Of a DNA stretch of 38,242 bases, positions 1-8,525 are shown piece by piece (the first letter of the stretch is position 1; every line of letters begins with the position of its first letter). The position numbers and the translations under genes were made by a program. A model generated the notes under the pieces. It had not been told where the DNA came from and did no database searches. It saw only the letters and a program-made list of their open reading frames with translations. Location of the stretch: the sequence record SRR2962707_2366; one strand, given 5' to 3'.

Positions 1-26
1 TGGATTCCGGCCTGCGCCGGAATGAC
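1..26. repeat. Palindromic REP/MITE-like element end (TGGATTCCGGCCTGCGCCGGAATGAC), probably cut by the window edge
   Basis: Perfect 8-4-8 hairpin ATTCCGGC-CTGC-GCCGGAAT (4-23) flanked by TGG and GAC. It matches the pattern TGGATTCC-N8-10-GGAATGAC of widespread proteobacterial intergenic repeats (Rickettsia RPE-like / CGTC-tagged type). Only one copy is visible here. Confidence 0.6.
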
Positions 27-41
27 ACATAGGAGTAGAGA

Positions 42-1193
42 ATGCCCGACGCCCTTAACGACAGCGACAACACACTGATCCTCGACGCGATCGACAAGTT
101 TCTTGAAAAAGATGTCGCGCCATATGTGAGAGAATTTGAATCACAGGACAAATACCCACAGGAAATTGCAGACAAACTTGCCGATCTCGGCATGTACGGG
201 GCGACGATCTCCCCCGAATACGGCGGGCTTGGGCTGGATATCCGGACTTATACGCAGATCGTGGAGCGGGTTTCCGCGGTCTGGATGTCCGTATCAGGTC
301 TTTTCAATTCACACCTGATCATGGCTGCGGCGGTCGAGCGGTTCGGGACGGAAGATCTTAAACGGGAATACTTGCCGAAATTTGCCAGTGGCGAAATCCG
401 TGGCGGCATCGCTTTGACCGAGCCGGACGCCGGAACGGACCTTCAGGGAATTCGTACTCGGGCGGTCAAGGATGGCGATGAATATGTGATCGACGGCACC
501 AAGACCTGGATCACCAATTCCGTCGAGGGCGAAATGCTGGCGGTTCTGGTCAAGACGGATCCTGATGCGGAGCCGGCTCACAGGGGAATGAGCCTGTTGC
601 TGGTGCCCAAATCAGCCGGGTTCAAGGCCAGCAAGCTGAAGAAACTGGGCTACAAGGGGATCGATACCGGAGAGGTGCAGTTCTCGGGTGTGCGGGTGCC
701 GAAGTCGCACCTGATCGGCGAAAGCGAAGGCCGCGGTCTACAGCAGATTCTGGGTGGGCTGGAGCTTGGCCGGATCAACGTCGCCGCGCGTGGTGTCGGT
801 GTAGCAAGCGCTGCGCTCGAAGACGCTCTAGCCTATGCAAAGGAACGTAAAACTTTCGGTAAGCCGATCGCGCAGCATCAGGCGATCCAGATCAAATTGG
901 CCGACATGGCGACACGTGTTCAGGCGGCACGCAAACTGGTTGAAGATGCAGCCATCGCTTACGACACCGGTGAGCGATGCGATATGGAAGCCGGTATGGC
1001 CAAGTTGTTTGCAACAGAAGCCGCTATGGAGAATGCTGCGGAAGCCATGCGTATTCATGGCGCTTACGGTTATTCGCCGGAATACGATGTTGAACGATAC
1101 TACCGGGATGCCCCATTGCTTTGCATCGGTGAGGGGACAAATGAACTGCAACGGATCATTATCGCCCGGCAACTTGTGGAGAGAAGTTCTTGA
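42..1193 (+). CDS. Acyl-CoA dehydrogenase
   Basis: 383 aa. Motifs EYGGLG, ALTEPDAGTD, GTKTWITN, ERKTFGKPI, HGAYGY, ERYYRDA and IGEGTNELQR (catalytic Glu retained). SD AGGAG upstream. Confidence 0.95.
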   Translation: MPDALNDSDNTLILDAIDKFLEKDVAPYVREFESQDKYPQEIADKLADLGMYGATISPEYGGLGLDIRTYTQIVERVSAVWMSVSGLFNSHLIMAAAVERFGTEDLKREYLPKFASGEIRGGIALTEPDAGTDLQGIRTRAVKDGDEYVIDGTKTWITNSVEGEMLAVLVKTDPDAEPAHRGMSLLLVPKSAGFKASKLKKLGYKGIDTGEVQFSGVRVPKSHLIGESEGRGLQQILGGLELGRINVAARGVGVASAALEDALAYAKERKTFGKPIAQHQAIQIKLADMATRVQAARKLVEDAAIAYDTGERCDMEAGMAKLFATEAAMENAAEAMRIHGAYGYSPEYDVERYYRDAPLLCIGEGTNELQRIIIARQLVERSS

Positions 1194-2380
1194 CCAGCCT
1201 GCCTCTCGCCGGCGTCCGTGTTCTTGCAGTAGAGCAGTACGGGGCCGGCCCTTTCGGAACCATGTTTCTGGCCGACCAGGGCGCAGAAGTTGTTAAAATT
1301 GAAAACCCGGTGGGCGGTGATTTTGCCCGCGACATCGGCCCGTACTGGTTTGGTGATGGATCATCACAGTTCTTCCATGCCTATAACCGGAACAAACGCA
1401 GCGTCACCCTGGACCTGACCAGTGAAGAAGGCCGCCAGGTTTTTCGTGATCTGGTCAGAAATGCCGATGCTGTATCTTCTAATCTGAGAGGCGATGTCCC
1501 TGATAAACTCGGGCTGAATTATGCCGATCTGAAAGACGTCAATCCGAAGATCGTCTGTGCGCATCTGTCTGCCTATGGCAGAACGGGGCCACGCAAGGCA
1601 TGGCCGGGTTTCGATTATCTGATGCAGGCAGAAGCCGGCTGGTTCTCGCTGACGGGTGAGCCTGAAAACCCGCCGACACGGTTTGGGCTGTCGGTTGTCG
1701 ACCAGATGACGGGGCTGGCACTTGCCTATGCCGTGCTTGCCGGGATCACCGGTGCACGTGCGACGGGGATCGGCCGTGATATGGATGTCAGCTTGTTTGA
1801 CATAGCACTCAGCAATCTTGGTTATCCGGGCATGTGGTACCTGAACGAAGGGCATGTGCAGGGGCGCCTGCCGCGCTCTGCTCACCCGGCGTTGACGCCT
1901 TGCGCACTCTATCAGACCAAGGACGGCTGGATTTATCTGATGTGCAACAAGGAAAAATTCTGGCCGGCCCTTTGCGGCAAGCTGGGACGCCCGGAATGGG
2001 GGGATGACCCACGCTTCAAGACCTTCAAGGACCGGTTTGAAAACCGTCCACTGGTTGAAGAAGTGCTCGATGAGGCATTGTCACAGAAAACCACAGCTGA
2101 ATGGCTGGAAGTTTTCGCAGGTGTCGTGCCGGCAGCAGCCATCAACGACGTCAAGCAGGCGCTCGACAATCCGTTCGTCACAGACGAAGGCCGCATCCAG
2201 GAAATCGAACTGGAAGGTCATGGGAGCTACAAATACATGGCTCCTGCCGTGCGTTCGGGCGGCTCACCGGCACCGGCCAATCCGGCGCCCAAACTGGGTG
2301 CGGATACGGATGATTTGCTGCGGGATGCCGGATATGATGAGACTAGGATTGCAAAGCTAAGAAATAACAAAGTGATCTGA
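1190..2380 (+). CDS. CoA-transferase family III (CaiB/BaiF)
   Basis: 396 aa. LAGVRVL, AGPFGTMFLADQGAEVVKIE, NRNKRSVTLDL, GFDYLMQA (catalytic Asp), APKLGADT. TTG start overlaps the upstream TGA (TTGA). Confidence 0.95.
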   Translation: MTSLPLAGVRVLAVEQYGAGPFGTMFLADQGAEVVKIENPVGGDFARDIGPYWFGDGSSQFFHAYNRNKRSVTLDLTSEEGRQVFRDLVRNADAVSSNLRGDVPDKLGLNYADLKDVNPKIVCAHLSAYGRTGPRKAWPGFDYLMQAEAGWFSLTGEPENPPTRFGLSVVDQMTGLALAYAVLAGITGARATGIGRDMDVSLFDIALSNLGYPGMWYLNEGHVQGRLPRSAHPALTPCALYQTKDGWIYLMCNKEKFWPALCGKLGRPEWGDDPRFKTFKDRFENRPLVEEVLDEALSQKTTAEWLEVFAGVVPAAAINDVKQALDNPFVTDEGRIQEIELEGHGSYKYMAPAVRSGGSPAPANPAPKLGADTDDLLRDAGYDETRIAKLRNNKVI

Positions 2381-2398
2381 CGGAGAGAGGACAAGCAT

Positions 2399-3661
2399 AT
2401 GGCGCAGACACTCTGCGAGAAAATCATCGCCAAGGCAGCCGGCACCGGGACTGTATCTCCAGGTGAGATTGTGACCTGCAAGGTCGATCTGGCGATGATG
2501 CATGACAGCGCCGGCCCCCGCATGGCAGGTAAAAAACTCGATGAGCTGGGGGTGCCGGTCTGGGATCTGGATAAGCTGGTCGTCGTCACGGATCACTACA
2601 TCAATGATGACAATCCCGCCCATCATGCCATCCAGAAGCATGCGTTTGATTGGGTCAAAGGTCACGATATCCGCCATTTCATACAAGAGCAGGGTATTTG
2701 CCACATCGTCTTGCCACAGGCAGGTCATGTGAAACCCGGCATGTTTATTGTCGGCGGCGACAGCCACTCTGTTACGGGCGGTGCGTTCGGTGCGTTCATG
2801 GTTGGTATCGGTGCCACCGAAATGACCGGTGTTCTTGCGACCGGTGAAATCTGGGTGCGCGTTCCGGAGACCGTGAAGATTGACGTGACGGGCACTTTGA
2901 AGCCTGGAGTCGCCGCCAAGGACGTGATCCTGAAACTCTGCGGCGATCACGGCATCATGGGCTTCAACTATCAGGCCCTGGAATATTGCGGTTCCGCCGT
3001 GTCGGCTATGTCCATTGAAGAACGTATGACACTGGCAAACATGGCTGCCGAACTTGGTGCGAAGGCGGGTTATTGCCTTCCGGATGAAAAAACCGCCACG
3101 GTTCTCGGCAAATGGGGCGCCAAAGATGTCGATGTCGCCTCGTGGCAGTCGGATGCCGACGCCAGTTATGCAAAAACCGTGACCGTCGATGGTGATATGC
3201 TCACGCCGCAGGTTGCCGCACCGTCTTCACCGGAAAATGCAGGGCCAATTGAAGAGCATGTCGGGACCAAACTTGATCAGGCATATTTGGGTGCCTGTAC
3301 GGGGGCAAAGCACGACGACCTTCGCATGGCGGCTCAGGTCCTCAAGGGACGTAAAATACAGAGCGGTTTCAAATTCATGATCTCCCCGTCGTCGCTGGCG
3401 ATGCAGGAAGAGGCCCGCGCCGACGGCACGCTGCAGATCATCGAAGATGCGGGCGGGGTAATTCTGCCGATGGGATGTAGCGGGTGTATCGGTATCGGAC
3501 CATCCCGGCTCGATGAGAACGCGGTCGGTATATCATCGACGAACCGCAATTTCGTCGGACGGGCCGGACCGAAATCGTCGAAACTTTATCTGGCTTCGCC
3601 CTATACGGTTGCGGCATCAGCGATCACAGGAAAAATCACGGACCCGAGGGAATTCCTATGA
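2399..3661 (+). CDS. Aconitase-family dehydratase large subunit (LeuC/HacA/DmdA type)
   Basis: 420 aa. QTLCEKI, TDH, GICH, GDSH, NMAAELGAK, [4Fe-4S] ligands GACTG and GCSGC, STNRNFVGR, YLASPYTVAASA. Length and motifs fit the short archaeal-type clade rather than proteobacterial LeuC. Confidence 0.9.
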   Translation: MAQTLCEKIIAKAAGTGTVSPGEIVTCKVDLAMMHDSAGPRMAGKKLDELGVPVWDLDKLVVVTDHYINDDNPAHHAIQKHAFDWVKGHDIRHFIQEQGICHIVLPQAGHVKPGMFIVGGDSHSVTGGAFGAFMVGIGATEMTGVLATGEIWVRVPETVKIDVTGTLKPGVAAKDVILKLCGDHGIMGFNYQALEYCGSAVSAMSIEERMTLANMAAELGAKAGYCLPDEKTATVLGKWGAKDVDVASWQSDADASYAKTVTVDGDMLTPQVAAPSSPENAGPIEEHVGTKLDQAYLGACTGAKHDDLRMAAQVLKGRKIQSGFKFMISPSSLAMQEEARADGTLQIIEDAGGVILPMGCSGCIGIGPSRLDENAVGISSTNRNFVGRAGPKSSKLYLASPYTVAASAITGKITDPREFL

Positions 3662-4161
3662 AAACCATAAAAGGCAGCGCCTGGGCCTATGGCGCCAATA
3701 TCGACACGGATGTGCTCGCCCCCATCGGTTCCTATCAGGGGACGGGAGATCCGGCCGCAGGGGCTGTGAATTGCATGCGTGATGTAGACCCGAATTTCGC
3801 CAAACAGGTGAAGGAAGGCGATATCTTCGTCGGCACCGATAACCTGGGCATTGGGTCTTCACGTGAATCGGCGCCGTTTTTTCTTCGCTCACTCGGCATC
3901 AGAGCCGTCGTCGCCAAGTCATTCGCACGGATTTTCTACAGGAACTGTTTCAATATCGGTCTGCCGGCGCTGGTTTGTCCCGAGGCGGACAAGATCGCCA
4001 TGGGTGACACACTCGTCGTTGATCCGGCGAGTGGGGAAGTGATCAACGAAACGCAGGGCGTCACGTATCATTGCCAGCCGATTCCCGATCACCTGATGGC
4101 AATCGTGGACGAAGGCGGGCTGATGCCGTTTCTCGAGAAGAAACTCGCAAAATCCGCTTAA
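3658..4161 (+). CDS. Aconitase-family dehydratase small (swivel) subunit (LeuD/HacB/DmdB type)
   Basis: 167 aa. NIDTD, GIGSSRE, AKSFARIFYRNCFNIGLP, GGL at the C-terminus. ATGA overlap with the large subunit. Confidence 0.9.
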   Translation: MKTIKGSAWAYGANIDTDVLAPIGSYQGTGDPAAGAVNCMRDVDPNFAKQVKEGDIFVGTDNLGIGSSRESAPFFLRSLGIRAVVAKSFARIFYRNCFNIGLPALVCPEADKIAMGDTLVVDPASGEVINETQGVTYHCQPIPDHLMAIVDEGGLMPFLEKKLAKSA

Positions 4162-4173
4162 CGCACCAGGCGT

Positions 4174-4818
4174 CTAATAGAGTTGATCTTCGTTCTGTGC
4201 CGACTGTTTTGGTAGGGCGACCTGTTTTAATTCATTGGCGCGTTTGCGGTCTTTTTCGTCAATTTTGACGGCCCATGTATTTTTAAAACCATGAGCAGCA
4301 GCGTCTCTGCGTGCAGCGTCGTAGCCATCCTTCATAAGGGGGCCGACGACGATGTGATAGATCACATTATGCCGTCCAGCAGGCATGGGAAAAACCTGAG
4401 GAGACATCTCCGGATTGCGGATTTTGAAGGTCTGCGCGGTAACCAGGTCCCGGGAACTGGCTATAACCATGTACATGCCGGGTATCGGATGCGTTTTAAG
4501 TTTGGCTTGCGGGACGGCAACATTTCCGGACGGAGATGCAATCTGCTGCACATTTGGTGCAGGCGGTGCCGGTTTTTCGGCATCGGCGGTTACGATGACG
4601 ACATCCCCCTGGTGCTCACGGCATACGATGCCATCCGTCAAAAGCCGGTACATTGCACAATCCTTTTCGGACAGTGCGGATAAGCCATGGTCGGTCAACG
4701 ATTTGTCGGTGGTCGCATAGGACACACCGTCAGCAAGCATTGATGCCACGGTAAAGGGTAATGGTGCACACCCGGCGCACAGCAAGGCGCCAAGCAGGAC
4801 ACTTGCGGGTAATCTCAT
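4174..4818 (-). CDS. Putative lipoprotein with C-terminal SPOR-like domain
   Basis: 214 aa. Signal peptide with lipobox-like CAGC, a Pro/Ala/Gln linker, and a C-terminal YMVIASS...YHIVVGPL...HGFKNTW pattern resembling SPOR. SD GGAG upstream. Confidence 0.6.
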   Translation of the reverse strand: MRLPASVLLGALLCAGCAPLPFTVASMLADGVSYATTDKSLTDHGLSALSEKDCAMYRLLTDGIVCREHQGDVVIVTADAEKPAPPAPNVQQIASPSGNVAVPQAKLKTHPIPGMYMVIASSRDLVTAQTFKIRNPEMSPQVFPMPAGRHNVIYHIVVGPLMKDGYDAARRDAAAHGFKNTWAVKIDEKDRKRANELKQVALPKQSAQNEDQLY

Positions 4819-4951
4819 TCTATACTCTCTCGGAGTCTGATTTTTTATGCGGGCTTTAATCGCCGCGGAATGAAGGGATAATGCCCTGCATGCCGTCTTC
4901 GCAAGTGCAGTAATGCGATGTTTAGTCTACAAACGCAACAGCCAATATCAA

Positions 4952-4977
4952 TTTCAGATAAATTTATTTATCTGAAA
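4952..4977. promoter_or_regulatory. Perfect 12-2-12 inverted repeat in an AT-rich intergenic patch (candidate operator or weak hairpin)
   Basis: TTTCAGATAAAT-TT-ATTTATCTGAAA; the arms are exact reverse complements. Confidence 0.5.
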
Positions 4978-5038
4978 AATATGGATAATTTATATATATT
5001 TTGAATTAATCTAAATTATCGCACTGCAGCAATTTCAA

Positions 5039-6844
5039 TCAGCTTTCACCGCCGGTTTTCTTCGGCTTTGGCAGATCGAGTTTGATCGACAGTTCCTTCA
5101 GGCGCCGCGCTTCAACTTCCGTGGGGGCCCCCATCAGCAAATCTTCAGCCTGCTGGTTCATGGGGAAGGCGATAACTTCACGGATATTCTGTTCGTCGGC
5201 CAACAGCATGACGATGCGGTCGATCCCGGGGGCCGAGCCACCGTGCGGCGGTGCGCCGTACTGGAATGCCCGGAGCATGCCGCCGAATTTGTCTTCAACG
5301 ACATCCATGCCGTAGCCAGCGATTTCGAAGGCTTTGACCATGATGTCGGCGCGGTGGTTCCGGATGGCACCGGACGACAGTTCAACGCCGTTGCAGACGA
5401 TGTCGTACTGATAGGCGAGGATATCCAGCGGGTCTTTGGTCTCAAGTGCTTCCAGACCGCCCTGGGGCATGGAGAAGGGGTTGTGCGAGAATTCAACCTT
5501 GCCGTCATCGTCCAGTTCATACATTGGATAATCAACGATCCAGCAGAACTTGAACTCGTCCTTGGAGCATAGATCGAGATCAGTGCCGGCTTTCATACGC
5601 GCGGCGCCGGCGAACGAGGCCATGACCTTGGGATCGCCGCAGGCGAAGAACACCGCATCGCCGTCGGCCAGATCGAGTTGTGTCCGAATGGCTTCGGTGC
5701 GTTCCTCGCCGATATTCTTGGCAATCGGGCCGGCGCCTTCGCCGTCTCGGAAGAAGATGTAACCTAATCCAGGCTGACCTTGTTCTTGAGCCCAACTGTT
5801 CATGCGGTCGCAGAAGGCACGGCTGCCGCCGGTTTTAGCGGGGATGGCATATACACGGACAGCATCGTTCTTTTCGATCATGCCGGCGAATACCTTGAAG
5901 CCGGAGCCGCGGAACTGCTCGGTCACATCCTGCATTTCGATGGGGTTTCTGAGATCCGGCTTGTCAGAACCGTATTTGGCCATGGATTCCGCATACGGAA
6001 TTTCCGGAAACGGCGTCTGCGTCACTTTGCGGCCGTCGGCGAACTCCTCGAACACGCCGGCGATCACCGGCTCGATGGTGCGAAATACATCTTCCTGGGT
6101 AACGAAAGCCATTTCAAAATCAAGCTGGTAGAATTCACCCGGCGAACGGTCGGCGCGAGCATCTTCGTCGCGGAAACAGGGCGCAATCTGGAAGTACTTG
6201 TCGAAACCGGACACCATCAGCAGCTGTTTGAACTGCTGCGGGGCCTGGGGCAGGGCATAGAACTTGCCCGGATGATTGCGGGCCGGGACCAGATAATCGC
6301 GCGCCCCTTCGGGGGACGAGGCCGTCAGGATCGGCGTCTGAAACTCAAGAAAGCCCAAATCCGTCATACGGCGGCGGATTGACGCAATCACCCCATTCCG
6401 GAGCTTGATGTTGCGTTGCATTTTCTCGCGGCGCAGATCGAGGAAGCGGTAACGCAGACGGATGTCTTCGCCGTATTCCTGATCCCCGGCGACCTGCATC
6501 GGCAGAACTTCCGCCGGACCTTCGACGTTAATGGCGCGAATCCGGACTTCGACATGGCCGGTCGGGATGTTCGCGTTGATGGTTTCCGGGGAGCGCTCGA
6601 CCACTTCACCGGTGATGGTCAGCACGCTTTCCGGGCGTGCACCTTCGACGATGGGGAACAACTCGCTGGAGACGTCGATGACGCACTGGGTGATGCCGTA
6701 ATGATCGCGCAGGTCGATAAACAGCAGATTGCCGTGGTCTCGTTTCCTGTGCACCCAGCCGGACAGGCGGATCGTTTCGCCGACGAGTTCGGGACGCGGC
6801 GCATCGCAGGTGTGCGTGCGGAAGGGGTGCATGGTATCGGTCAC
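5039..6844 (-). CDS. aspS: Aspartate--tRNA ligase (probably non-discriminating Asp/Asn type)
   Basis: 601 aa. [65 protein letters not shown]. The His in RDHG is the residue associated with non-discriminating AspRS. Start is GTG 6844 (SD GGAG) or ATG 6832. Confidence 0.98.
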   Translation of the reverse strand: MTDTMHPFRTHTCDAPRPELVGETIRLSGWVHRKRDHGNLLFIDLRDHYGITQCVIDVSSELFPIVEGARPESVLTITGEVVERSPETINANIPTGHVEVRIRAINVEGPAEVLPMQVAGDQEYGEDIRLRYRFLDLRREKMQRNIKLRNGVIASIRRRMTDLGFLEFQTPILTASSPEGARDYLVPARNHPGKFYALPQAPQQFKQLLMVSGFDKYFQIAPCFRDEDARADRSPGEFYQLDFEMAFVTQEDVFRTIEPVIAGVFEEFADGRKVTQTPFPEIPYAESMAKYGSDKPDLRNPIEMQDVTEQFRGSGFKVFAGMIEKNDAVRVYAIPAKTGGSRAFCDRMNSWAQEQGQPGLGYIFFRDGEGAGPIAKNIGEERTEAIRTQLDLADGDAVFFACGDPKVMASFAGAARMKAGTDLDLCSKDEFKFCWIVDYPMYELDDDGKVEFSHNPFSMPQGGLEALETKDPLDILAYQYDIVCNGVELSSGAIRNHRADIMVKAFEIAGYGMDVVEDKFGGMLRAFQYGAPPHGGSAPGIDRIVMLLADEQNIREVIAFPMNQQAEDLLMGAPTEVEARRLKELSIKLDLPKPKKTGGES

Positions 6845-6890
6845 GGCGATGGTCTCCGGAAACGTCTATTAAAATACATTTGAAGCGGGA

Positions 6891-6919
6891 GGTTTAAGCG
6901 TGAGACGCCCGATATGCAA
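6891..6919 (-). promoter_or_regulatory. Candidate sigma70 promoter of aspS
   Basis: Minus strand TTGCAT-N17-TAAACC, 47 nt upstream of the GTG. A -10 element lacking the last T is common in alphaproteobacteria. Confidence 0.4.
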
Positions 6920-6964
6920 GGGATTTGCCTATGTCTTCGTCTACCACTCAGTGGTTGTTGAAAC

Positions 6965-7594
6965 CTACCACATCGTTTTTTGGGCGCGCGGCATCCATTC
7001 TTCGTCATAGGCCTTGCCGTCGATGCCGCCGTCTTTGCGGTTTTTCGTCTGTGCCGCCAGGATGTCGCCCGCAGAGGGCAGGGATTTCGGGTCTTCGTGC
7101 TCGGCAGGGTCCCAGAGTTTCGAGCGCAAAATCGCCCGTGCGCACTGGAAATAGATCACATCAATATCGATCACGATCACCGAACGGGGGGATTTGCCCT
7201 GTTCGGCAAAACTCTCGAGTAATTCAGGCTCGATGCTGAGTTTAGCGCGCCCGTTGATCCGCAAAGTGGTGCCGGACCCGGGGATCAGGAACAACAGCGC
7301 CACGCGCGGGTCGCGCACGATGTTCCGGAGCGTATCGACGCGGTTGTTGCCGCGACGGTCGGGTATCATCAGCGTACGTTCGTCGTGAATGCGCACAAAG
7401 CCCTTGAGATCCCCCCGCGGTGAGCAGTCGACCCCTTCATCGGCGACCGACGCCAGTGCGACAAAAGGCGATGCTTCTATCAGGCGCCGGTATTCGGCCG
7501 TGACGACCGGGCTTTCCTTGACCTGAGAGGCCTCTGCCGGATTGTTGTAAATTTCTTCCAGCGCTTCGATGCTGGTAATCAGGTGTTCGTTCAT
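6965..7594 (-). CDS. Pyridoxamine 5'-phosphate oxidase-like FMN-binding split-barrel protein (MSMEG_1061-like)
   Basis: 209 aa. SPFVALAS, DCSPRGD, IPDRRGNNRVDTLRNI, LLFLIPG..TLRING, YFQCARAILRSKLW. Confidence 0.9.
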   Translation of the reverse strand: MNEHLITSIEALEEIYNNPAEASQVKESPVVTAEYRRLIEASPFVALASVADEGVDCSPRGDLKGFVRIHDERTLMIPDRRGNNRVDTLRNIVRDPRVALLFLIPGSGTTLRINGRAKLSIEPELLESFAEQGKSPRSVIVIDIDVIYFQCARAILRSKLWDPAEHEDPKSLPSAGDILAAQTKNRKDGGIDGKAYDEEWMPRAQKTMW

Positions 7595-7797
7595 TCTCTA
7601 TTCTCGCTAATTCGGGTATCGAACATTTCCTTGGCGTCCGGAAATGCATCGTGATCCGCGGCAAACTTGTCCCGGCATCCCGGATTGCAGAATCCGACGG
7701 TATGTCCCCGATATAACGTCAGGCTGTCCGGCTCCACGGGTTTCCCCGAAAACGGACAGGTCGGATTGATGCATTCATTGAGAATAGGGTCTGCCAT
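7591..7797 (-). CDS. Small YHS/TRASH-like Cys-rich protein (68 aa)
   Basis: CINPTCPFSGKPV...YRGHTVGFCNPGCRDKF. Start moved to ATG 7797 because AAGGAG lies just upstream. The stop overlaps the next start (ATGA). Confidence 0.75.
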   Translation of the reverse strand: MADPILNECINPTCPFSGKPVEPDSLTLYRGHTVGFCNPGCRDKFAADHDAFPDAKEMFDTRISENRE

Positions 7798-7825
7798 GGT
7801 CAGTCTCCTTGTTTGATGAGCACCA

Positions 7826-8494
7826 TCAGGTGCCACCGACATAGGGATTGGTTTTTCGTTCCTGCCCGAACGTCGACATCGGACCGTGACCCGGCACGAA
7901 CGCTGTTTCATCCCCAAGCGGCCAGAGCTGGGTGGTTATCGATCTAATCAGCTGATCATAATCCCCCCTGGGAAAGTCGGTGCGCCCGATGGAGCCCTGA
8001 AACAAAACATCGCCGACAAAGGCGATGCCGGCGTCCGCCTGATGAAAGACAACGTGGCCGGGCGTGTGCCCGGGGCAATGATACACGCCGAATGTGACAT
8101 TTCCGAGTGTGACCGTATCGCCACCAACCAGCCAGCGATCGGACTCAAAATCTCTGCCGCCGGGAAAGCCATATTTGGCGGACGAGGTCGGAATGTCCTT
8201 GATCCAGAACTTGTCATCGATGTGCGGACCTTCAATCGGGACGCCAAGACGTTCGCGCAATTCATCGGCGCCGCCAGCGTGGTCGGCATGCCCATGCGTC
8301 AGCATGATCTTTTCTATCTCACAGCCGGCTTCCTTGACGACTTCCAGCAGATGGTCGATGTCACCGCCCGGATCGATGAATGCGCCCTTGTTGGTTTCCG
8401 CGCACCAGACGATGGAGCAGTTCTGTTGAAGCGGCGTCACCGGGACTATGGTGGCGCGGATTGGTGGTTCAGGTGGTGAAGTGGTGTCGGACAT
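7826..8494 (-). CDS. MBL-fold hydrolase, YcbL/GloC (glyoxalase II-like)
   Basis: 222 aa. PVTPLQQNCS, IDPGG, THGHADHAG, PGHTPGH, GDVLFQGSIGRTDFP, PGHGPMST. Confidence 0.92.
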   Translation of the reverse strand: MSDTTSPPEPPIRATIVPVTPLQQNCSIVWCAETNKGAFIDPGGDIDHLLEVVKEAGCEIEKIMLTHGHADHAGGADELRERLGVPIEGPHIDDKFWIKDIPTSSAKYGFPGGRDFESDRWLVGGDTVTLGNVTFGVYHCPGHTPGHVVFHQADAGIAFVGDVLFQGSIGRTDFPRGDYDQLIRSITTQLWPLGDETAFVPGHGPMSTFGQERKTNPYVGGT

Positions 8495-8525
8495 GAGGGC
8501 ATCCTATGCGGCGGCAAAGGCAAGC

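Noticed and set aside
42..2380. 3-sulfinopropionyl-CoA desulfinase + CoA-transferase (organosulfur pathway), tempting given tusA and rhodanese in the window
   Set aside because: The ACAD keeps the standard catalytic Glu (IGEGT) of true dehydrogenases, and the sulfur genes are more than 16 kb away.
2399..4161. Calling these genes leuC/leuD
   Set aside because: Motifs and length differ from proteobacterial LeuCD and the context is catabolic, so symbols were withheld.
6869..6883. TTAA-N7-TTGA near-CtrA box upstream of aspS
   Set aside because: One mismatch in an AT-rich leader of a housekeeping gene; likely chance.
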